In this document: positions 18,748-28,232 of the stretch, piece after piece
Numbering within the stretch: the first letter of the stretch is position 1
How the letters are laid out: every line of letters starts with the position of its first letter
Origin: Prevotella sp.
Lineage (GTDB): Bacteria > Bacteroidota > Bacteroidia > Bacteroidales > Bacteroidaceae
Length of the DNA: 64,000 bases
Reading direction: 5' to 3'
Assembly (NCBI GenBank): GCA_017964785.1
Contig: JAGCRH010000132.1
Span: 10,910 to 74,909 of the forward strand
Program-made: the position numbers and the translations under genes
The notes under the pieces: generated by a model
Database searches by the model: none
What the model was told of the DNA's origin: nothing
The model's input: the letters and a program-made list of their open reading frames with translations, nothing else

Positions 18748-19793
18748 TTCTTTTGTTTTTTAACACCAAATAGCAAGTAGGATAAGACAGGACTCATTCT
18801 TAATATTCTGCTAATAACCAAGCATCCCATAACTACTATTAACGTAACAATTATCGTGATGGTGAATTCTATGATAGGAATAGGACATTCTGTCAAAGAA
18901 GTAAAATAAGTCTTTAAATTTGTAGGAAGCAACAGATAATGCAACAAATAAATGTCTAATGTTCTTCGACCGACATATTGTAAACACTTTCCTATATTTC
19001 TTTCCTTTTTAAACAAATCTTGGTGAATACGGAAAAAAGAAAAAACGATGACAATTCCCACAAAAGCAGTGATTAAATGAAATAAACTATCGTGTGTAGA
19101 TACTAATTCATTGTAAAACAAGTTAAAACCAAAAAAAATCACTAAACAAATCGTAAGAACATATTTCTTATCGAGAATCACTTGAATTATATTAAAGTGC
19201 TTTTTAAATAATGTACCGATTGTAAAATAGAGGAAATATCCCAGAAACTTCAATGAAAATAGATTTCTTATTTCATCTTCTATGGGTAATTTAAAATACA
19301 CCGATTTGACATAAAACAAAACAAAAAGCAAAAACCCAATGGAAAGAAGTATGATGTCTGCAAGAATGTTTTTACAATTGAAAAGGCCTAACATATATCT
19401 ACAGATAGCATATATACAAAAGAATGCAAATAAAGCAAGTGTGAACCAATAACCAAATTTTGAATCAGTGTATAAACCTTCAACAAGTCCAATATGATTC
19501 AATTTAATAAATACTAGGAAGAAAATGGATGTGGTGATAATTTGTACGGGAAATTTCTTGAACACCAGAAATCTTGCGACATGACTTGCATTCCATATGG
19601 TTTCTTCTTTATATAAAACAAAACCACTAATAAAAAAGAAAAGTGGCATCCTGAATTCACATAAAATTGGATGAATCGATGGAACGTAATCCCCTATGCC
19701 TAAACAATTTGCAGCAACATGATGCGCAACGACTAATAACATCGTAAAACCACGCATACTATCAATATACTCTATCCTCTTTTTCTCATTCAT
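18744..19793 (-). CDS. Acyltransferase-3 (OafA-like O-acyltransferase) #1
   Basis: Motifs RIEYIDSMRGF.MLLVV..H, FRMPLFFFISG, YWF and GRRTLDIYLLH; polytopic. Start placed at the ATG at 19793. Confidence 0.88.
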   Translation of the reverse strand: MNEKKRIEYIDSMRGFTMLLVVAHHVAANCLGIGDYVPSIHPILCEFRMPLFFFISGFVLYKEETIWNASHVARFLVFKKFPVQIITTSIFFLVFIKLNHIGLVEGLYTDSKFGYWFTLALFAFFCIYAICRYMLGLFNCKNILADIILLSIGFLLFVLFYVKSVYFKLPIEDEIRNLFSLKFLGYFLYFTIGTLFKKHFNIIQVILDKKYVLTICLVIFFGFNLFYNELVSTHDSLFHLITAFVGIVIVFSFFRIHQDLFKKERNIGKCLQYVGRRTLDIYLLHYLLLPTNLKTYFTSLTECPIPIIEFTITIIVTLIVVMGCLVISRILRMSPVLSYLLFGVKKQKN

Positions 19794-19797
19794 AATG

Positions 19798-19805
19798 CAA
19801 AGATA
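19798..19805 (-). promoter_or_regulatory. -7 box (TATCTTTG) only 4 nt upstream of the ATG of acyltransferase #1
   Basis: The minus strand reads TATCTTTG-CATT-ATG. Confidence 0.55.
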
Positions 19806-19837
19806 ATTATTAATTCGACTTTTATAATAAGAGAACA

Positions 19838-20911
19838 CTATTCAAAACTCATAACTGCCTTGGCTTTCTTGTCAATGTCTTTCGTCGCTCGACTTGAAAT
19901 GTAGTTGCAGACAATACCATATAATGTCGACACAATAAAAGTAATAAGAATAACACCTGAAATCATAATTAAATAAACAGGGTAACTTTTCGTTTCCAGA
20001 AGATGTCTATCCACCGTTTCCAGAATAGTTTGTATACGGTTTGTTACATGTATAATATAAACAGACAAGGTTCCACTGGCTATCCAGTTAATAACTCTGT
20101 TGTAATATGACTTGTATAGGAATGGTAAAAAACTACATATCGACGAAAAGACAACAATCGGATTAGAGTAATCCCAACACCACTTAATACCCAGCACAAA
20201 ACAAATCATAATGACAATGGTTGAGAGCAGATATCCAAATACCCAAACCCACCGCTTCATCTTTTTTATTTCATCTTCATAGAGTCTGATGCAACGGGCA
20301 ATCATATACATGAGGACAAAATGAATAACTGAAAAGCCCCGATTATACCCCAGTTCTTCTACATCCATAATGCATCCAAACCAAAACTCCAACACCCAAA
20401 AAACAACTACCCATTTGAGACTTTCTTTTCCATATTTGTCAAAAAAAGCATTTATCACGGGTGACAATATCATCAGCATAAAATAACACTGAATAAAATA
20501 TCCAGCATAGGAGATGACAAAGCATTTCTCCAAGAAATCGGATAGTATGAATTCATGTGTAGATACAAATCTAACAAGATATAATGGTACGTATATTAAT
20601 GCCAAGTAGATATATAATTTAATAATCGAACTTAGTTTTAATTTTATACCGAAATACCCCGATATAATAACAAACATGTTCACACAAATAATGGAAAGAG
20701 CCTCGAAAACCATCTGCCCAGTCCTGAATAAAGTTGGATTACTAATATCATAATCTGGAAGGGGCCAGTCTCCCACGAACCAACCATTAAAATGAACAAT
20801 TAGTACAGCAAATGTTGCAAGAATCCGGTATAGTTCAATACTGGAATTCCTTTGAGGACGATTTGTTTTCTTTTCTGATAACATTTTGTCTGGTTTTTCG
20901 TTTTCAGCCAT
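19838..20911 (-). CDS. Acyltransferase-3 family #2
   Basis: Motifs RNSSIELYRI.A...V...H, VN.FV.ISGYF and VYIIH; polytopic. Confidence 0.85.
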   Translation of the reverse strand: MAENEKPDKMLSEKKTNRPQRNSSIELYRILATFAVLIVHFNGWFVGDWPLPDYDISNPTLFRTGQMVFEALSIICVNMFVIISGYFGIKLKLSSIIKLYIYLALIYVPLYLVRFVSTHEFILSDFLEKCFVISYAGYFIQCYFMLMILSPVINAFFDKYGKESLKWVVVFWVLEFWFGCIMDVEELGYNRGFSVIHFVLMYMIARCIRLYEDEIKKMKRWVWVFGYLLSTIVIMICFVLGIKWCWDYSNPIVVFSSICSFLPFLYKSYYNRVINWIASGTLSVYIIHVTNRIQTILETVDRHLLETKSYPVYLIMISGVILITFIVSTLYGIVCNYISSRATKDIDKKAKAVMSFE

Positions 20912-21902
20912 TTTTGTTTTTTATACGGTATTTACCTGCCATAAGAGGAAAATAATTCTCTATAGAGATAATCAACGGAATGAACAGTAATAAAATCAGT
21001 GTGGCAAAGATAATATCAAAAAGAGACGGGTTAAAGAATGCCCTTGCCAAATCTATCAGCATTTTGTGAAATCCGAGTATGATAATGGTGCCTTGAGAAA
21101 CAACGGTAATAGCCTTTGGGGTGAATCCCAACAGTTTAGACAGAGCCCATATCATCACTGTACCTGCAACGGCTCCAACCAAGAAAAAGAAAATGTTCCC
21201 ACCATAATTACAACCGAACAAACCTACGTAACCATTATACGTGCTACATAGGGAAACAAGAAGTAGTCCGCATGCAAAAATAGCGATAAGGACTGCCTTG
21301 TTATTCATCGCATTTAACTTCTCCTTGTAGTTGCGCATCAGCACGCCAAAGGCAAAGAAGGGGTAAGCCATCAATAAATCTACGATGGCATTCGGTTCGC
21401 TTATGAAAAACGGAAAACCAGAAAGATCATTTTTATTATATATACATGCTAGTCCCAACATAACTACTATTAACAAATAAAAGAAAATATCGGAACGGCA
21501 ATATTGGTGGATAACCTTCAGTAATATCAAGGTATAGACAAACCACAACGTGTCGAGTCCCGCAACCATTCCGAATGTAAGATTACGTACAAACCAGTAT
21601 AAATCAACAAAAGCGAATGATCCTTTGAAGAGTTGCAAAATGCAGTGATATACAAAATTTGTTACTGCCATCAGCAGCATCGGAACAGCCAAGTTATACC
21701 ATAACTTTCTCCAGAACACATGCCCGTCAGTTTCCTTTTTATTCAGGAACCCTGAAATAACAAAGAAAAGCGGGACATGAAAGACATAGATGAATTTTTC
21801 GCCAACAGAATAGAAATGGCCAAGAACTATTAGATAAATGCCTAAGGCTTTCATCCAATCAATCCATGCTAACCTATTGTCGCGTACTATTGTCTCTGCC
21901 AT
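20904..21902 (-). CDS. Acyltransferase-3 family #3
   Basis: Motifs RLAWIDWMKALGIYLIVLGH, FHVPLFFVISG and LWF. Confidence 0.88.
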   Translation of the reverse strand: MAETIVRDNRLAWIDWMKALGIYLIVLGHFYSVGEKFIYVFHVPLFFVISGFLNKKETDGHVFWRKLWYNLAVPMLLMAVTNFVYHCILQLFKGSFAFVDLYWFVRNLTFGMVAGLDTLWFVYTLILLKVIHQYCRSDIFFYLLIVVMLGLACIYNKNDLSGFPFFISEPNAIVDLLMAYPFFAFGVLMRNYKEKLNAMNNKAVLIAIFACGLLLVSLCSTYNGYVGLFGCNYGGNIFFFLVGAVAGTVMIWALSKLLGFTPKAITVVSQGTIIILGFHKMLIDLARAFFNPSLFDIIFATLILLLFIPLIISIENYFPLMAGKYRIKNKNG

Positions 21903-21920
21903 ATATAAACAAATTCATTA

Positions 21921-22901
21921 CTACACTTTAGGCAGGTGTATTCTGTCACCTATCATGAGTTGGAACTCCCTTGATAAATCATTGTTCATCCCGGAAGCCG
22001 AGAAAAACGTCATCTCACCAAAGTGTATTTTACCATCAACATTGTAAAGGTCAACGCGTACCTGTGGAAAGCCCTGGCTGATTGTCTCTGCTATTTCTAT
22101 CATCCGCTCTAAATTCTTAGGGCGAGGCACAGTCTGGAAATTATCGCCCAAATTTGTCTTATATTGGTGCATTGGCTGCCATGTGTGAATGTCATAGAGA
22201 TCAAACACCGCTTCATGTGAGCCACTTTCACTATCCAGATGACGTCCATAGATAACCTCAACGTATTGAGCCTTGCCTTCGATGCAGTTTATTTTATAAT
22301 CAGCAAGGCCAAATGAAGGATCAATGCCTTCGCCCATTTCAATAAGACTCTCTGCCATCACCCTTGGTTTGATTTTTGTATAGTGTAGTTCGCACCAACT
22401 ATAGCCATAATTTACGTCAAGGTGCTTCTGAAGGAAGTCAACAACCTTCTGTTTGTTCATCTTTTCTTTGTCTTTAACGACAACCGTACTGGCACAGTCA
22501 TGAGTACATTTTAACACAAACTTGTCAGGCAGGGCATCGAAATCTATGTCCTCTGCACGATTCCAAACACCATAACACTCCGTGAGAATATCCTTCAAGC
22601 CAAGACTCTCTATGTACTTACGTACTTCATATTTGTCAGAATACTCTGTCCATTTTGATGTATCGGTCATAACAGAAAGCCACGTCATCTTTTCATCCAA
22701 TGTTCGTGGGTTCTTCCAAGGGAACTTCTCTCTGTAGAACCTGTTCCACTTCATGTCTACTGCTTTCTTTGGATTAGTTTTCTGAATCTCAATCCATTTG
22801 TCTGTTGGGTGGATGTAATGAATAAAATACAATGCCCTGAGCGTCCTAATTGGATGCAAAAAGGATTTTGCTCGCATCCGGAATTTATAAGATAGACTCA
22901 T
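21921..22901 (-). CDS. TupA-like ATP-grasp amidoligase
   Basis: Motifs NPRTLDEK..W, DKY.VR.Y, LPDKFVLKCTH, E.HY..IKPR..AE, DYK, and RVDLY...G.I.FGEMTF. Confidence 0.85.
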   Translation of the reverse strand: MSLSYKFRMRAKSFLHPIRTLRALYFIHYIHPTDKWIEIQKTNPKKAVDMKWNRFYREKFPWKNPRTLDEKMTWLSVMTDTSKWTEYSDKYEVRKYIESLGLKDILTECYGVWNRAEDIDFDALPDKFVLKCTHDCASTVVVKDKEKMNKQKVVDFLQKHLDVNYGYSWCELHYTKIKPRVMAESLIEMGEGIDPSFGLADYKINCIEGKAQYVEVIYGRHLDSESGSHEAVFDLYDIHTWQPMHQYKTNLGDNFQTVPRPKNLERMIEIAETISQGFPQVRVDLYNVDGKIHFGEMTFFSASGMNNDLSREFQLMIGDRIHLPKV

Positions 22902-22914
22902 ATTATATAAATTA

Positions 22915-23814
22915 TTACCATGTAAAAAACTTGAGGGAAGACTTTAGTCCTATGTATTTCAAATAGCCCGATTTCACAGCACGCCAGAAAACTGCAGGCT
23001 TTTCGCAATAGGGAATGAGGTGGCCAGTATAGAACACCTTACTCAGTGTATAGCGTAGAAACTTGTGAATAATGGGAGCCTGGCTAAAAATCAACAATTG
23101 ATCAGCCACAGTGAGATAGCAGTCTATGTTACGGCGAGCATATTTTTTCCCTATTGTTGAAAATGACCATACACGATGCTTGACCAAGGACTGTTTCAGA
23201 CAATAAACAGAATTACTCCTCAGCATCAGTTCAGTAGTAAACAATTCATCCTCATGTATGATACCTGGGTAGAACTTGAGTCCAATGCTATTCAAGTGCT
23301 GACGACTAATGAGCAGCAGCCATACAACACAATTATATGTTGCAGTGTCTAGCATCATGTTAAGCAGACTCTCACCATCATATTTTTTATTTTCCTCTGC
23401 AAACTGCGTACTATGTAGTGGTGCAGCAACACTCACATGATTATCCGTAAACAAATCCCTATCAAAGAAAATAAAATCGGCATGGTTCTTCTCGGCATAA
23501 TTATAGCAAGTAAGCAAGACATCTGGGTTACTCAACACATCGTCAGAATCCATCATATAGATATATTCTCCTGTTGCATGCTGTAACGCCAAGTTCCTTG
23601 CAACAGACTGTCCCTGATTTTCCTGCGAGAAAAAGATAATACGCGAGTCTTTTTTCTTATACTTCTTAATGATTTCCTCACTATTGTCTGTCGAGCCATC
23701 ATTCACAGCAATAACCTCTATTTCCCTTAACGACTGATTAAGGATCGACTCAAATGCTTCCTCCAAATAGGGAGCAACATTATATATAGGCAATATGACG
23801 CTGACCTTTACCAT
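22915..23814 (-). CDS. Glycosyltransferase family 2
   Basis: Motifs VSVILPIYN, VNDGSTD, NQGQSVARN, MDSDD and HEDELF. Confidence 0.9.
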   Translation of the reverse strand: MVKVSVILPIYNVAPYLEEAFESILNQSLREIEVIAVNDGSTDNSEEIIKKYKKKDSRIIFFSQENQGQSVARNLALQHATGEYIYMMDSDDVLSNPDVLLTCYNYAEKNHADFIFFDRDLFTDNHVSVAAPLHSTQFAEENKKYDGESLLNMMLDTATYNCVVWLLLISRQHLNSIGLKFYPGIIHEDELFTTELMLRSNSVYCLKQSLVKHRVWSFSTIGKKYARRNIDCYLTVADQLLIFSQAPIIHKFLRYTLSKVFYTGHLIPYCEKPAVFWRAVKSGYLKYIGLKSSLKFFTW

Positions 23815-23843
23815 TCATTATTACTATTTCCTATTATAGACTG

Positions 23844-23851
23844 CAAAATTA
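23844..23851 (-). promoter_or_regulatory. -7 box (TAATTTTG) for the GT2/ATP-grasp/acyltransferase unit
   Basis: TAnnTTTG match 29 nt upstream of the ATG at 23814. Confidence 0.55.
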
Positions 23852-23904
23852 GACATATTTTTCGTAATTGCCAAATCTTTCATAAACTTTTCAGCGGACA
23901 TACA

Positions 23905-24726
23905 CTATTCATTTTGTCTATTATGTAGCCAATCAGTTAAATCTTCCAACACCTGACTACGATATTTTGATCTAAGGCGGCACACAAAGCCATGGCCTCC
24001 CGACGGATAAACACGAAGCGACGCTGGACGGTTCATGGCACGCATACCGTCATAGAAGAGAATAGAATTTTGAGGGCTCACTGCCTTATCGTCATTTGCA
24101 ACAGCAATAAAAGCGGGAGGTGTTTTCTCTGTAACATGCAATTCATTACTAAATTGTTCCTCCAATTGCTCAGAGGCATCCCTTCCAAGCAGTTGATTAT
24201 GCGAGTCAATATGGGTTAGTTCCTTTTTCATTGAAATAACAGGATAGAAAAGAATGCCAAAGTCTGGGCGAACCAAATCATTGTCAATCACCATCATCGT
24301 TGAGGCAAGATGACCTCCTGCGGAGAAACCGACGATTCCGACATTGTTTTTATCGAAATGCCACTCATTAGCGCGTTGTCTCATCATTTGGATAGCCTCT
24401 GCCCCATCTGTCATAGGGCTTTTGTAATTGTGTTTCGGCATCCTGTATTCTAACATAGCAGGTGTGTATCCCTGCATATAAAAGAAAGGAAACCACTGAT
24501 ATCCTTCATACCATTTTTCCAAATAACTATACCCTCCACCTGGACATATAATAACGGCACCTTCTGCTTGTTTATTTCTATAACCAGGCAAGACATGCAA
24601 AACAGCCCCATGGGGTAGTTGTACATGAATGAAGGAATTCCAAACAACAATTACACTCACAAATATCAAAATGAGCAATGTTATAGATGTATATAAAAAT
24701 ACCTTCTTCACACTTGTTACAGACAA
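23905..24726 (-). CDS. Alpha/beta-hydrolase esterase (acetyl esterase/BD-FAE-like) with an N-terminal membrane anchor
   Basis: Motifs CPGGGY, GFSAGGH (nucleophile), DD..V and GGHGF. Start uncertain; a -7 box TATATTTG lies at 24752-24759. Confidence 0.85.
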   Translation of the reverse strand: MSVTSVKKVFLYTSITLLILIFVSVIVVWNSFIHVQLPHGAVLHVLPGYRNKQAEGAVIICPGGGYSYLEKWYEGYQWFPFFYMQGYTPAMLEYRMPKHNYKSPMTDGAEAIQMMRQRANEWHFDKNNVGIVGFSAGGHLASTMMVIDNDLVRPDFGILFYPVISMKKELTHIDSHNQLLGRDASEQLEEQFSNELHVTEKTPPAFIAVANDDKAVSPQNSILFYDGMRAMNRPASLRVYPSGGHGFVCRLRSKYRSQVLEDLTDWLHNRQNE

Positions 24727-24944
24727 TAAAAACGACTGTGTTTTTATGTTGCAAATATACTATAATTCCATTAAACAACCAAGGAAATCCTTCATTTTTC
24801 CATATTCTTTGCAACTATTTCGGTCTTTGCTCATCATCTTTCCGTAAAATTGCAATTGGTTGGTCACGTTCTTGCAAAAAAGAAATTTTTTTACGAAAAT
24901 GGCAAAAAATACTGAAAATATTTTGTTTTTCCCGCTAATTTAAG

Positions 24945-24952
24945 TATTTTTG
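24945..24952 (+). promoter_or_regulatory. -7 box (TATTTTTG) for the acyltransferase-SGNH pair
   Basis: TAnnTTTG match 28 nt upstream of the ATG at 24981. Confidence 0.6.
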
Positions 24953-24980
24953 CACAAAAACAAAGTTGTTTATCTATCTC

Positions 24981-26036
24981 ATGAATACAAATGTTATTAA
25001 CGATCGTCTTTCAGGAGCAATTACATGGCTTAGATTTCCTCTTATATTCTTCATCATTATCCTACATTGTTGTACTGTTCAAAGTTTAGAGGGAAATCAC
25101 GACCTTTATTACAAAACAATATATCCATTCTCTATCTGGTTAGGCGAAACTGGAGTTCCTGGGTTTTTCTTCATCTCTGGTTTTTTATTCTATCTAAGCA
25201 AAAAGTCTTATAGCCAGAAAATCAGAACAAGGATTAGAACACTTTTGGTCCCATATATTCTCTGGAATCTCATATTACTATCATTATATCTCGCAACTTA
25301 TATAATAGGCTACCCTCAAATTATTAATGGCAGAAGCATAACAAACTTCAACTTTATTGATTACATAAGACTGTTTTGGGATAGAGGCTCATACGACAAT
25401 GGGAACTTCGTTCCTCTGCTCTGCCCACTATGGTATATACGCAACTTACTGATTATGTCCATTATCTCACCTATACTATATTATATAATTAGGTATGTAC
25501 GGGAAGTATTTCTTATTACCATTGCTGTATGGTGGCTAATGACCTATAATAATGCATTTATTCCCCAAACGATTCTTTTCTTTAGTTTAGGAGCATATTT
25601 TTCAATCTTTGATGTCAATCCTCTTAATTTTTTTTATGACAAGAAGATTCTTTTCCTTTCATTATTTGTTTTTTGGGGTGCAAGCGACATAATAACTCAT
25701 ATAACAAAGGGGGCACCTATAAATCTACAGGTTCATCGTTTTTCTCTTATATTCAATATTCCTGCATTATTATTGCTGGCAGATTATTGCATCCGACATG
25801 AGTTTACAAGCAAGTTGTTACCCAATGCCGCTTTTATTGTTTTTTGCGTACATTACCCAATTGTTGTCATTCTTCGTAAATACTGTATTTCACACCTTAA
25901 CAATGCAACCGATACAACACACATAGTTCTTTTTTTTATTTGTATTATAATTACAACACTATCTAGTTTGATAATATACGCCTTACTTGACAGATATTGT
26001 CCCAAAATAAAAAACATATTATCTGGAAACCGATGA
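24981..26036 (+). CDS. Acyltransferase-3 family #4
   Basis: Motifs LRFPL...IIILH, VPGFFFISGFLF, KIRTRIRTLLVPYILWN and PLWYIRNL. Confidence 0.87.
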   Translation: MNTNVINDRLSGAITWLRFPLIFFIIILHCCTVQSLEGNHDLYYKTIYPFSIWLGETGVPGFFFISGFLFYLSKKSYSQKIRTRIRTLLVPYILWNLILLSLYLATYIIGYPQIINGRSITNFNFIDYIRLFWDRGSYDNGNFVPLLCPLWYIRNLLIMSIISPILYYIIRYVREVFLITIAVWWLMTYNNAFIPQTILFFSLGAYFSIFDVNPLNFFYDKKILFLSLFVFWGASDIITHITKGAPINLQVHRFSLIFNIPALLLLADYCIRHEFTSKLLPNAAFIVFCVHYPIVVILRKYCISHLNNATDTTHIVLFFICIIITTLSSLIIYALLDRYCPKIKNILSGNR

Positions 26037-26851
26037 AAACAAAAAATCTTATTATCCTAATTCCAATATTAATTATCATTATATATATAGGCAGAAGATT
26101 ATACGAATACTACTCTCCTGCTAAGGAACGTCCTATATACAGGACAACCAAGCACTATGATGACACACTTCGCATAGCCTATATCGGTGATAGTTGGGCA
26201 TTCAGACATAGTGATAATTGGACATTCGGACATCAACCGCACTCATGCCAAATACCAGATATTATTAAGGACAGTTTGCATAGACCTGTAATAGTGGAAT
26301 CATATGGAATAAATGGCCTCACAAGTAAAAAAATTTTTTATGCATTATTTGAGGAAGACAGTTTTAGGCAATTTATGGAAAAAGGATATAATTACTGTTT
26401 TATCTCTGCAGGAATCAATGATACATATGCGAAGATGAGTACTTCATATTATAAACAAAGCATGAATTGTATTATTCGCTTTTTGTTAGCCAACAATATT
26501 CATCCTCTCATTCAAGAGATCCCTGACTATAATATTATTAAAGCGTATGAGAAACAAACAATAGACAAGAAAGTCATTCGCCATCTCTCCATGTTTGTAA
26601 ATGGTACACAAATGGACTGCAAACAACAATTCAGGGATGCCCTCGATGAACTAATCATAGATAAAGGGTACCAAAACAATGTCAGCATCATACGTTATAA
26701 AACATGGAATAACCACTATGAGACAGACTTAAAAGAAATGTATATTAGCGACAATATACATCTGAATGAGAGAGGATACACAGTTCTTGACAGTGTTATC
26801 ATCAAAGTTATTCTAGACATTGAGCGAAGCCACTCGTTTACTGACGAATGA
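26033..26851 (+). CDS. SGNH/GDSL hydrolase-family protein with an N-terminal anchor
   Basis: All four SGNH blocks present: IGDSW, GING, AGIND, DNIHLN..GY. ATGA overlap with acyltransferase #4. Confidence 0.85.
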   Translation: MKTKNLIILIPILIIIIYIGRRLYEYYSPAKERPIYRTTKHYDDTLRIAYIGDSWAFRHSDNWTFGHQPHSCQIPDIIKDSLHRPVIVESYGINGLTSKKIFYALFEEDSFRQFMEKGYNYCFISAGINDTYAKMSTSYYKQSMNCIIRFLLANNIHPLIQEIPDYNIIKAYEKQTIDKKVIRHLSMFVNGTQMDCKQQFRDALDELIIDKGYQNNVSIIRYKTWNNHYETDLKEMYISDNIHLNERGYTVLDSVIIKVILDIERSHSFTDE

Positions 26852-26890
26852 ATAGATTACAGGCTCCTCTAAGCGAAATCTTTAGCCAAA

Positions 26891-27186
26891 TAAAGGCTCA
26901 CCAGTAAAATCCTATGTCCTTTCAAGTCTGACTTCCTGTCATACCATTCCATAGTGGGCTTTTTATGCCTGAGATTTCTGGCAAGCCATACCCCGAGGGA
27001 TGAAACCTTGCCCTGAATCTGGTTCATACTTTACCCCAGTGGGAATTTCGTGCCTGAGAATCAGTTTGGACTTTACCCCGGTGGGGGATGCTGTGCCTGA
27101 GATTCAGGGCAGACTTTACCCCGATGGGGGATGACATATAGACCAATGGATACGTTTAGACACAGGGGGGTGCTGGTGAGCCCCTA
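26891..27186. mobile_element. Candidate MITE-like or structured element with imperfect 28-bp terminal inverted repeats, bounded by TA
   Basis: 26891-26918 taaaggctcaccagtaaaatcctatgtc matches the reverse complement of 27159-27186 (taggggctcaccagcacccccctgtgtc) at 20/28 positions, including a 10-bp exact core. No transposase in the window. Confidence 0.35.
26966..27136. repeat. Degenerate tandem array, 4 units with a 42-43 bp period (array A)
   Basis: Units start at 26966, 27009, 27051 and 27094. Approximate consensus tgcctgagattcagggca-gacttt-accccggtggggg-atgctg. Confidence 0.8.
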
Positions 27187-27244
27187 AAAGTGGTCATTCT
27201 CATTGTCGTTTATTACCTATATCGGTACATTCCAATGAAATGGT

Positions 27245-28123
27245 TCACAGATAAATGATGGTGAAGAAAGAGGCAAGCCAGCCGAGGATACAGAACTGGA
27301 TGAAATGATCCTTGACAAGCGATTTGGTGGGGCTGCCGCTCAGGCCGAATACAATCATGTTCTGGAGATAGCGGAGCAGACCTGCAAGAACCCAACCACT
27401 GGTTAGGTAGACGTAACGGGTGCCCATCCGTTCTATGACCTCTGGAGACATCGTGTACATAATATAGCAAACGAGTGTTACGGCTCCGACGATGGCTGTG
27501 GCCTCATTGATAAATGTCTTGTTGTAGCCCGTAATGCTGACTCGCGGTTTGAGGCCCGTCTGCTCATAGATACGATAGTCGTCGTTGCGCTTCGAAAGCG
27601 CCAGGAAGAGCGTCACGAGGAACGTCATCATCACCAGCCAATGCGATACCCAGATATCTACTGCAAATCCTCCTGCTAATACCCGCATTACAAAACCGAT
27701 GGCAATAATCGACACGTCGAGAATGGCAATCTGTTTCAGACGGAAACAATAGGCGATGTTCATCAGCCAATAGCCTCCTATTATTATATATAAATAAGGT
27801 GTATTGATGCTCTTGGCCAATGGTAGCAATGCGAAAGCACCAATCAGGCAAATGGCCATCATTGCGTAGCCACCTTTCGCAGAAACCTTTCCTGATGCAA
27901 TCGGGCGGTGACACTTCTTCGGATGCATTCGATCTGCCTCCACATCTTTCAGGTCATTAAAACAATAAATACTGCTGGATATAAAACAAAATGAGATGAA
28001 CACAATCAGCGTTGGCCAGAAATAGTCCGGTTTCAGCAGGTTATTGCTGAAGAATATCGGCGCAAAGACGAAAGTATTCTTGAGCCATTGCAGAGGTCGG
28101 AGAAGTTTGACGTAATTGAGCAT
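27245..28123 (-). CDS. UbiA-family decaprenyl/undecaprenyl-phosphate phosphoribosyltransferase-like protein
   Basis: Motifs LLRP.QW.KN.FVF, Y..ND..D.E.DR.HP.K..RPIASG, LKQIAILDV, RV.AG, LFLALSKR and GSPT. Start placed at the ATG at 28123; -7 box TACCTTTG at 28143-28150. Confidence 0.85.
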   Translation of the reverse strand: MLNYVKLLRPLQWLKNTFVFAPIFFSNNLLKPDYFWPTLIVFISFCFISSSIYCFNDLKDVEADRMHPKKCHRPIASGKVSAKGGYAMMAICLIGAFALLPLAKSINTPYLYIIIGGYWLMNIAYCFRLKQIAILDVSIIAIGFVMRVLAGGFAVDIWVSHWLVMMTFLVTLFLALSKRNDDYRIYEQTGLKPRVSITGYNKTFINEATAIVGAVTLVCYIMYTMSPEVIERMGTRYVYLTSGWVLAGLLRYLQNMIVFGLSGSPTKSLVKDHFIQFCILGWLASFFTIIYL

Positions 28124-28232
28124 CTCGATATTTTTAACGCCACAAAGGTAGACTTTTTTTCGGAAATAACCAAATCGGACTTTCAAAAATTGCCTAAAAA
28201 TCCTGTCAACTCGTTTTAGAGTTTAAAAAACT

